Shown in pieces: positions 19,838 to 26,137 of a stretch of DNA of 64,000 nucleotides. This DNA is from an uncultured Clostridia bacterium (lineage in GTDB: Bacteria > Bacillota > Clostridia > Christensenellales > UBA1242), in the NCBI GenBank assembly GCA_944349415.1, contig CALVMX010000001.1:45677-109676 (forward strand), written 5' to 3'. Under the pieces are notes generated by a model. That model was not told the origin of the DNA. It saw only the letters and a list, made by a program, of their open reading frames with translations, and made no database searches. The stretch's first letter is position 1. The number at the start of each line of letters is the position of its first letter. The translations under genes and the position numbers were made by a program.

Positions 19838-20962
19838 CTATTTCTTCTTTCTTTTATTTTTTATCAGACTGTCGATGTCGTTGTTATATTCCTCAAATTT
19901 TTTAAGTTCACTTTCTGTTACACTAGGTGGAAAGATTTTCAAAATATTGTCAAAATCTTTGTTTGTGACTTCCACAACACTGTCGGTTTCTATCGCCTTT
20001 AAAAGCGGTTCATCTTTTGCTCTGTCACAGAGTTCTTCAATATCTGCACCACTGTAAAGCTCCGTTTGTTTAACAATTTTATCTATATCGAAATTTTTAG
20101 ATACTGGAACATTTTTCATGTTTTTTTCTAACATAAATTTTCTTGCTTTTTCATCTGGAAGTGGTATGTAGATTTTTTGAGAAAAGCGTCCCGAACGAGT
20201 GGCTGCTGTGTCTATATCCCAAGGTCTATTTGTCGCACCTAAAAGAAGTAGATTTGGATTTCGACCTGCAAAGCCATCTATTTGCTGTAAAAATTCATTC
20301 ACACGTTTATCATTGTGAATATCTTGTCCACGTTTTCCTAAAAGACTGTCCATTTCGTCAATAAAAATGATGGCCCTGTCTTGCTTGTTGGCTTCTTCAA
20401 AAAGCGAATTGATATTTTTTTCGCTTTCGCCAACCCACTTTGACACAATGTCCGAGCCTTTCACAGCATAAAACTTGGCTCCAACTTCACACGCAATGGC
20501 TTTTGCTATCATCGTTTTACCAGTGCCTGGAGGTCCATAAAGAAGAACTCCGCCACCCGTTTTTTTGTTGTAGAGTTTATATTTGTCAGGATAAAGAAAA
20601 GGATTTATCATGCGTATTTTTATCGCTTTTTTGACTTCATCGAGTCCTGCAACATCAGAGAAGTGTATGTTTGGTATTTCTGCCTGTTGCCATTTTTTCA
20701 CTTCGTCATCTTCGTCGCTTGCGTCCTCTTTCTTTTTTTCTTTTTCTGTGCCAATTCGATCGGAAAGCTCGACGATACGTTTTGCACGATTTAGTCTTAC
20801 TTCTTTTAACTTGCCTTGGCTCACTTTGGCAATTTTCATCATAGTCTCGCCAGCAAGCATAAAATTACGCTTTGCGAGAGCGTAATTTCCCTTTTCTTTC
20901 GCTTCTTTTCCCTTTTGCATATATAATTCAAAGGTGCTATTTAGAAGTTCGATATCTTCCAT
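19838..20962 (-). CDS. MIT-domain AAA+ ATPase, Vps4/meiotic-clade-like
   Basis: N-terminal KGKEAKEKGNYALAKRNFMLAGETMMKIAK...RLNRAKRIVELSDRI resembles the Vps4 MIT helices. Acidic linker. Walker A GPPGTGKT and Walker B IIFIDEMD. Pore loop SKWVGESEK. GATNRPWDIDTAATRSGRFSQKIYIPLPD. C-terminal PPSVTESELKKFEEYNND resembles the Vps4_C helix. Confidence 0.7.
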   Translation of the reverse strand: MEDIELLNSTFELYMQKGKEAKEKGNYALAKRNFMLAGETMMKIAKVSQGKLKEVRLNRAKRIVELSDRIGTEKEKKKEDASDEDDEVKKWQQAEIPNIHFSDVAGLDEVKKAIKIRMINPFLYPDKYKLYNKKTGGGVLLYGPPGTGKTMIAKAIACEVGAKFYAVKGSDIVSKWVGESEKNINSLFEEANKQDRAIIFIDEMDSLLGKRGQDIHNDKRVNEFLQQIDGFAGRNPNLLLLGATNRPWDIDTAATRSGRFSQKIYIPLPDEKARKFMLEKNMKNVPVSKNFDIDKIVKQTELYSGADIEELCDRAKDEPLLKAIETDSVVEVTNKDFDNILKIFPPSVTESELKKFEEYNNDIDSLIKNKRKKK

Positions 20963-20980
20963 ATTATCTCCGTAGAAAAA

Positions 20981-21577
20981 TTATTTTGCTTCTTCCTCGA
21001 TTTTCTTTCTAAGTTTTTCAATTTCCTTGTCTATGTCTTCGCTGCTTGCTTCGTCGTTTGCTGCTTGTTCCATAATATATTTTTCGAAATCGTCGCTAGA
21101 AATATCCTTACCGTCTCTAGCTTTTCCAGCTTGACTAAAGGACTCTTGACTCATTTCCATGAAAGCATCCATTTGGTCTGTTTGAGTCTCAACTGCAGTT
21201 ATTGCCTCTTCAAATTGGGCTTGTATCTTTTCAAATTCCTTAGCGTCTGCAAGTTTGCTCATTTCTTTGGAAATGGAACTCATACTGCGTAAAAATTCTG
21301 TTGTCATCATGGTGACATCACGCATTTGAGCAGTAATTTCAAAGTTTAAGAGCATTTCTTGTGCTCTTTTTTGTTGTTGAACGGTCATTTTATAGCCAGA
21401 GAGTGCCAAATTAAATTGTGGCTCCAAGTCTTTTTCCTTCGCCTTTTTTGCCGCTTCCACAAAAACTTTCTTTTGTTCGTCAAGACGAGCAATTTGTTTT
21501 TCCATGGAATTTATCGTCCTTCTAACCAACATTTTTTGTTCAATTTCTTTTTGTTTTTTACTTTTAAACCAAGCCAT
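20981..21577 (-). CDS. Snf7/CHMP-like (ESCRT-III/PspA superfamily) protein B with MIM-like C-terminal helix
   Basis: 198 aa. Basic N-terminus MAWFKSKKQKE, a long helical hairpin-type region (RTINSMEKQIARLDEQKKVFVEAAKKAKEKDLEPQF...), an acidic C-terminal half, and a final DIDKEIEKLRKKIEEE. The layout parallels CHMP2/Vps2 as I recall it. Confidence 0.6.
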   Translation of the reverse strand: MAWFKSKKQKEIEQKMLVRRTINSMEKQIARLDEQKKVFVEAAKKAKEKDLEPQFNLALSGYKMTVQQQKRAQEMLLNFEITAQMRDVTMMTTEFLRSMSSISKEMSKLADAKEFEKIQAQFEEAITAVETQTDQMDAFMEMSQESFSQAGKARDGKDISSDDFEKYIMEQAANDEASSEDIDKEIEKLRKKIEEEAK

Positions 21578-21580
21578 TTT

Positions 21581-22192
21581 TTATTCCTCCATTTTCATTT
21601 TTTTCTTTTTTGTTTTATTTACTTGCGCCTCTTCGTAAAGAGTTTGCTCGTCCAAAATTTGTTGTTCCTTTTCAAAGGAAGTTAAAAGATCCTCATCGTC
21701 TTTTTTCATGCCATAAATTGATTCATTAGTCTCATATGCTCCTTGAATTTCTGTGAAGAGGTCGTCCGCACTTGTGAGCACATCTTCTGAAGCAATACGA
21801 GTCTCTAAGGCTTTATTTAAAAACTTTGCTAGTCCCTTTTGGTCGGCGAGTAGTTCGGAAAGAGGAACTTTTGTTTTGGTCTTGTAAAAGGCATTGCTGT
21901 CATAGGCATCTTTAAGTTTGTTCATCAAGCGAATATTGTATAAAAGATACATACCTTTTTGCATTGTGCTTTGCTTTTGCTCTTTAAGATGATTAATTTT
22001 CTTAGCATAGAAAAGTTTAAGTTCTTCCGTCTTTTCTTTCTTGCCTTTGTCTAAAAGAGCATCAATTTCTTTCTGCATTTGGAAGATTTCCGCTTCTATA
22101 GTGCGCTCTTGCCTTTCCAATTCGCAAATGGAATTCACCAAATCTTCTCGCTGAATATTTTTAAATTTGTTTCTTTTAAATGGCCACCACAT
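21581..22192 (-). CDS. Snf7/CHMP-like (ESCRT-III/PspA superfamily) protein A
   Basis: 203 aa. Hydrophobic/basic N-terminus MWWPFKRNKFK (compare yeast Snf7 MWSSLFGW). ICELERQERTIEAEIFQMQKEIDALLDKGKKEKTEELKLFYAKKINHLKEQKQ fits the Snf7 helical-hairpin pattern. Acidic C-terminal half. The RBS for the next gene lies in its last codons. Confidence 0.6.
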   Translation of the reverse strand: MWWPFKRNKFKNIQREDLVNSICELERQERTIEAEIFQMQKEIDALLDKGKKEKTEELKLFYAKKINHLKEQKQSTMQKGMYLLYNIRLMNKLKDAYDSNAFYKTKTKVPLSELLADQKGLAKFLNKALETRIASEDVLTSADDLFTEIQGAYETNESIYGMKKDDEDLLTSFEKEQQILDEQTLYEEAQVNKTKKKKMKMEE

Positions 22193-22203
22193 ATTTCCTC
22201 CTA

Positions 22204-22551
22204 TTAGTATCCTTCACCCGAATTTATTTTCATAATTTCAGAAAGTAAGTTGTTGTAAATCATCTTTTGGTCATCATCTGCATAAACAAGTGCATTTTGG
22301 TATTCTTTCAAAAAAACGACATTTTTATATAACGTTGCGTTGGTAAGTAGCACATCTTCATTTCGTATGTGGCACTTGCAGAGCATCAACCCCCAAAACG
22401 CATCGGCACATTTAGGATCGGAAAGGATGACAAGGTCGAAATTTGTTTGTGCTAAATCAAAAAATCCGTCTGCCAAGTTGATGTAACCAAGTTTTAATTC
22501 TTTGAGGATATTTTCTCCTACACCTTCACTTACTTTAAGTTCTCTTTTCAT
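22204..22551 (-). CDS. Small TPR-like helical protein (115 aa)
   Basis: FDLAQTNFDLVILSDPKCADAFWGLMLCK resembles the TPR-like unit in the N-terminus of the 1252-aa protein (FQEAVSDFDKILTLYPKSHEAYYGRLQAK). One-nt overlap with the upstream gene. Confidence 0.5.
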   Translation of the reverse strand: MKRELKVSEGVGENILKELKLGYINLADGFFDLAQTNFDLVILSDPKCADAFWGLMLCKCHIRNEDVLLTNATLYKNVVFLKEYQNALVYADDDQKMIYNNLLSEIMKINSGEGY

Positions 22552-22961
22552 TACGCTTCCATTTCCTTTGTGCGTTGTGATAAAAAGCCTTCCACTTCTT
22601 CTATCATTCTAAGAATTGCCTCCGAGTCTTTGTCTTTGGATATTTCAATTTTTATATCATCGAGTTTGTTGGCAATTTTTTCATCCGCCGCTTTGACTTT
22701 TGGATTTTTTGACGGATTTAAAAAGCGAATTTCGTCCTTGAGTTCAACAAGTTTGTTTGTCAAAGTATCATTGCCGTCTGCAAGAACGATCATGCTTTCA
22801 ATGTTTTGAACAGAACGCTCAATTTGCCTTTTATTTAAAATAACCGTTTGACTTTCTTTTCCTTCTCCGCTTTCGTTTTTAGAGGCTTTAACCTCTCGAA
22901 TAAGAAAATAAAGAGAAACTGCAACCACTGCCACACAAACAATAATATAAACTGCAACCAT
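22551..22961 (-). CDS. N-terminally membrane-anchored coiled-coil protein (136 aa)
   Basis: TM VAVYIIVCVAVVAVSLYFLI followed by a charged helical region. Packed in the operon. Confidence 0.6.
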   Translation of the reverse strand: MVAVYIIVCVAVVAVSLYFLIREVKASKNESGEGKESQTVILNKRQIERSVQNIESMIVLADGNDTLTNKLVELKDEIRFLNPSKNPKVKAADEKIANKLDDIKIEISKDKDSEAILRMIEEVEGFLSQRTKEMEA

Positions 22962-22970
22962 AACTCCTCC

Positions 22971-23789
22971 TTAAAATTTTTCGCCACACATCGAACAAAA
23001 TTTGGCTTCCGCTGAATTTTCTGCTCCACATTTTGCACAATTTTTCTTTTCACTTATTTTCGTTCCACAGTTAAAACAAAATTTAGCATTAGGCTCAAGT
23101 TCAGTGTTACAAACAGGACATAAAGCTTTCTTCACACTCGTTCTATTTTTTGAGTTTAAACTTTCCAAGTCTTTTTCATCAAAGATAATATTTGCAATAT
23201 TCAAAGAAAAAACCGTGATTCCATAGCTGGAGGAAAATGAAGATGAAAGAATTGGCACAACTTTTTTCGCTATTTCTTGCTTATACTGATAAACATTGGA
23301 ATATAAAACCTTTTTCTCGGAAATAAATTTTGCCACTTCTGTTTCTACCACAGAAACCACTTTGCTCATCAGCCTATCTTGAAGCGCGTCGGCGGTTAAA
23401 ACATCTTCTGAGCCGACAAGATAGAGAAAACATTTTCTTGGATCGCTCACTTGAACTTCAAAATCTCCACTCATGCCCATTTTGTAAGATTCATGCAAAA
23501 TTGGGTCTTCAATGGTTATTTTGTTTGGAGTTCCCCAAAGGAGTTTAAGTTTGGCAGTTTTGCTGACAAAGATAACTTCAAGCGAAAGTTTTTCATCTTT
23601 TTTCATTTCCACCAAATTCCGCAAATAGTATCTTCCTTTAGGTAGTGTTTGAAGCATTTCGCCGTCTAAAATAAGAATTGCATTATGAGTTTCAGGAACA
23701 ATTAAAGTTGTTTTTTCTGTGACATTTTCTATAACGCTACGTGTAAACAGTTTTTCGTTTGTTCCTGTAAACTTTATAACTTCTTCCAC
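22971..23789 (-). CDS. SPFH-like (YdjI / COG4260-type) protein with C-terminal double zinc ribbon
   Basis: GTG start 5 nt after AAAGGAGGAAAA. The N-terminal domain resembles the YdjI-type stomatin/prohibitin-like fold family, as I recall it. The C-terminus carries CPVCNTELEPNAKFCFNCG and CAKCGAENSAEAKFCSMCG. Confidence 0.6.
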   Translation of the reverse strand: MEEVIKFTGTNEKLFTRSVIENVTEKTTLIVPETHNAILILDGEMLQTLPKGRYYLRNLVEMKKDEKLSLEVIFVSKTAKLKLLWGTPNKITIEDPILHESYKMGMSGDFEVQVSDPRKCFLYLVGSEDVLTADALQDRLMSKVVSVVETEVAKFISEKKVLYSNVYQYKQEIAKKVVPILSSSFSSSYGITVFSLNIANIIFDEKDLESLNSKNRTSVKKALCPVCNTELEPNAKFCFNCGTKISEKKNCAKCGAENSAEAKFCSMCGEKF

Positions 23790-23821
23790 TTTTCCTCCTT
23801 TAAACCCAATACCTCAAATAA

Positions 23822-23851
23822 ATTATAGCAAATAAAACTTTCAAAAAGCAA
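23822..23851 (-). promoter_or_regulatory. Candidate sigma-A promoter of the SPFH/ESCRT-III-like operon
   Basis: On the minus strand: TTGCTT (23851..23846), an 18-nt spacer, extended -10 TGCTATAAT (23830..23822). Confidence 0.4.
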
Positions 23852-23943
23852 GTAAACATAAAAGGAAAGTTATAATTTCTCTCAATTTTTATTAATTTTT
23901 TTGTAAATTTAAAAAAAATCGTAAAAAAGCAAAAATTTTGCAA

Positions 23944-23970
23944 AAATAAAATCACACCGAAGTGTGACTT
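23944..23970 (-). terminator. Intrinsic terminator after the lipoprotein gene 23988..24569
   Basis: TCACAC-CGAA-GTGTGA hairpin (23952..23967), followed on the minus strand by TTTTATTTTT. Confidence 0.6.
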
Positions 23971-23987
23971 TATTTTCTACTTTTAAT

Positions 23988-24569
23988 TTATTGAACATTG
24001 TAAAGTGCAGAAAAATCAATGGTGTAATATACAGGCTCAACAGTCTCACCTTCACTTGCAGCCGGCGTAACTTCAATACGCCAAACCTTTAAGTCCTCAT
24101 GTCTAAAGGCATCCCCGTCACTTAATGCTAAAATATAGTTTTTGGTGTCATTTGAAGCAGTTGAAGTTTTTATGTTGGTTCCGTCTATTTCACTTTCTTC
24201 AAACGCGTTGTCCTTGTTCTCTACACTTCTCCAACCAATAATTGCAGTTGAGCCTTCGCCCATTTTTACATTAACTACCACATATTTAGAACCTTCAACT
24301 GTTCCCCATGTGCTTGCTTGTGTAGCATCCATAACGGCAGCACTTCCAGTTGCTTCGTAGTGGTTGTTGCCTTTGTAAGTAAGTGCAAAGTCTGAGGCAT
24401 TGTTGTATTTTACATCTGGTGCACTTGAGAACGATGCATTTGAGCCAGGTGTAATATACTCGTTAGATTCAGTTCCGCCACATGCAGCAAGTGTTAACCC
24501 TGCAATAAGCACCATAACTAAACAAGCAAAAGTGGTCAGAGCTCTTTTAATAGATAAAGATTTTTTCAT
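23988..24569 (-). CDS. Lipoprotein of unknown function (193 aa)
   Basis: Signal peptide plus lipobox LTLAACGG. GGAGGAAAT RBS. Confidence 0.8.
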   Translation of the reverse strand: MKKSLSIKRALTTFACLVMVLIAGLTLAACGGTESNEYITPGSNASFSSAPDVKYNNASDFALTYKGNNHYEATGSAAVMDATQASTWGTVEGSKYVVVNVKMGEGSTAIIGWRSVENKDNAFEESEIDGTNIKTSTASNDTKNYILALSDGDAFRHEDLKVWRIEVTPAASEGETVEPVYYTIDFSALYNVQ

Positions 24570-24734
24570 ATTTCCTCCTAATTAATTTCACAAGATGACC
24601 TTGTAATCATAAGATATTGTGCTCTAGAATTTAAAAAGTATGTGTCAAATTCTAAACTTTTTTAATATACATATTTTAACATAAAAAGAAACTAAAAGAA
24701 AAGAGAATAACAAAAAAAATTTAAAGATATTATT

Positions 24735-24763
24735 TTCACATTTTTTAAAAAACTTAATAGAAT
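24735..24763 (+). promoter_or_regulatory. Sigma-A type promoter of the Cys-rich miniprotein gene
   Basis: TTCACA (24735..24740), a 17-nt spacer, TAGAAT (24758..24763). Confidence 0.45.
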
Positions 24764-24825
24764 GATAATGTGTGAAAGCACAAAACAAAAGTCGTAAATA
24801 CATAAGAAAAATTTAGGAGGCACAA

Positions 24826-25035
24826 ATGAACTTTTTTGGAGGCTCAGGTTGTGGCGATGTAGGTAGAGATTGCGGTTGCGGTAACGATTGCTGCTCACTC
24901 ATTTTCTTAATCTTACTTTTAAACTGCTGCGGCTGTGGCGGTTGCGGTATGAAAGGAATTAACATTGACTGTGGAACAATCTTATTGCTCTTATTACTCT
25001 CTAACTGCGGTTGCAACAATAACTGCTGCAAATAA
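24826..25035 (+). CDS. 69-aa Cys/Gly-rich miniprotein with two short Leu-rich cores
   Basis: AGGAGG RBS 7 nt upstream. Own promoter and a downstream terminator. 14 Cys and 14 Gly in 69 residues. Internal duplication: CC-SLIFLILLL-NCCGCGGCG and DCG-TILLLLLL-SNCGCNNNCC. Confidence 0.7.
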   Translation: MNFFGGSGCGDVGRDCGCGNDCCSLIFLILLLNCCGCGGCGMKGINIDCGTILLLLLLSNCGCNNNCCK

Positions 25036-25068
25036 TTGAAATAAATTCTAAAACAAAGAGAATTTATT

Positions 25069-25100
25069 AAAAGGCGTTCTAAAGGAATGCCTTTTGCTTT
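25069..25100 (+). terminator. Intrinsic terminator of the miniprotein gene
   Basis: AAAAGGCGTTC / GAATGCCTTTT 11-bp stem (one G-U pair) followed by TTTTGCTTT. Confidence 0.65.
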
Positions 25101-25240
25101 ATAAATACATTAATATAAATCCACTTAGAATCGTTATAAGGAAAACACCAATTAGTAAAAAATAAAAGTCCTATCCTTATGAATAAAAGAATAAAACTTT
25201 ACACGCCAATATAAAAATTTAAATTATTTTCAATAATTTC

Positions 25241-25269
25241 TTGACAAAAGCAAATTAATATGTTAATAT
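25241..25269 (+). promoter_or_regulatory. Consensus sigma-A promoter of tRNA-Ala
   Basis: TTGACA (25241..25246), a 17-nt spacer containing TG, TAATAT (25264..25269). Confidence 0.6.
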
Positions 25270-25282
25270 ATTTAGGCAACGT

Positions 25283-25359
25283 GGGGGTGTGGCTCAGTTG
25301 GCTAGAGCATCTGCCTTGCAAGCAGAGGGTCATCGGTTCGAATCCGATCATCTCCACCA
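25283..25359 (+). tRNA. tRNA-Ala (anticodon UGC), CCA encoded
   Basis: Folded by hand. Acceptor GGGGGTG/CATCTCC with the G3:U70 alanine identity pair. Anticodon loop CTTGCAA. T-arm ATCGG-TTCGAAT-CCGAT. Discriminator A followed by CCA. Confidence 0.93.
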
Positions 25360-25365
25360 TAAATT

Positions 25366-25395
25366 AAAAATACCACTTTGAGTGGTATTTTTTTG
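25366..25395 (+). terminator. Intrinsic terminator after tRNA-Ala
   Basis: AAAAATACCACT-TTG-AGTGGTATTTTT followed by a T-run. Confidence 0.75.
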
Positions 25396-25417
25396 TATGT
25401 TTATATATATTCAATTT

Positions 25418-25449
25418 TTTAGGCACAATTTAGGAACATTTAGGCACAA
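25418..25449. repeat. Three tandem 10-11 bp direct repeats TTTAGG(C/A)ACA(A)
   Basis: TTTAGGCACAA (25418..25428), TTTAGGAACA (25429..25438), TTTAGGCACAA (25439..25449). They lie in a 230-bp non-coding gap just 3' of the tRNA terminator. Confidence 0.8.
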
Positions 25450-25597
25450 AGTTAATGGGTTTTAAATTAAATATGACTTTTTATAAAAAATAAGAAACTT
25501 AATTCGCTTAACTCTCAACGTCCTTATTAAAATTATACACATAAAAATTATTTTTAATTTATTAATCTATGTAACTTACATTAAAGTATATAAAGTT

Positions 25598-25630
25598 TTA
25601 AAAAAAAAGAAAAAACAGGCATTGCCTGTT
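25598..25630 (-). terminator. Intrinsic terminator overlapping the stop codon of CDS 25629..26015
   Basis: AACAGGC-ATT-GCCTGTT (25614..25630), followed by a long U-run on the minus strand. Confidence 0.7.
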
Positions 25631-26015
25631 ATCCTTGAATTTCTGCAACATGAACGCCGTTTGCTTTTCTTTGTTCTTCGATAAGCTGAGAGAACATATC
25701 TCTAACTTGGAATGGTTTTGCAATACTTTTCAAAACAAGTTCTGGAGCCCTTTCATCATTACTGTATAAAATAACAGTTCCGGTTCCAAAAATTTTGTCC
25801 CAGAAAGACTGATGAAGAGAAATATCATACATACGATATAAATTCACTTCTTCAATATGTGTAGATAAAAGTCCAACATCTCTAAAAGTTTTGAACCAAA
25901 CATCTCCATTTTTGATAAGATAATATCTTGTAAAAGACAAAGGCATACCTAAATATCTTTTTCTATCCTTCCAAACTAAGACTGCAGAATCTCCAAATTT
26001 TTTTTGAACGTTCAT
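25629..26015 (-). CDS. Bacterial PH-domain (bPH_2/YdbT-like) protein, 128 aa
   Basis: The pattern RYLGMPLSFTRYYLIKNGDVWFKTFRDVGLLSTHIEEVNLYRMYDISLHQSFWDKIFGTGTVILYSND fits the bPH_2 family. GAGGGGG RBS upstream of the ATG at 26015 (the track start 26036 is rejected). Confidence 0.65.
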   Translation of the reverse strand: MNVQKKFGDSAVLVWKDRKRYLGMPLSFTRYYLIKNGDVWFKTFRDVGLLSTHIEEVNLYRMYDISLHQSFWDKIFGTGTVILYSNDERAPELVLKSIAKPFQVRDMFSQLIEEQRKANGVHVAEIQG

Positions 26016-26137
26016 ATTAACCCCCTCGTAATACAATTCTAAATATATTTTACTATAAAATGAATAAAAAGTAAACTGTTTTTTTTAAAATAATTTAAAA
26101 ACTAATAAAAAAACTAGATTTCTCTAGTTTCTTTAGA

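Noticed and set aside
22835-23053. 72-aa minus-strand ORF bridging the SPFH gene end and the next gene
   Set aside because: It is an out-of-frame overlap of two better-supported CDSs and has no RBS.
24692-25031. Minus-strand ORFs 24692..24898 and 24813..25031 (the latter a P/Q-rich 72-aa product)
   Set aside because: They are antisense mirrors of the Cys/Gly-rich plus-strand gene. Only the plus-strand ORF has an AGGAGG RBS, a promoter and a downstream terminator in the correct orientation.
25418-25449. Possibility of a CRISPR array or other long tandem repeat anywhere in the window
   Set aside because: The only tandem DNA repeats seen are this 3 x 10-11 bp cluster. There is no repeat-spacer architecture and no cas genes.
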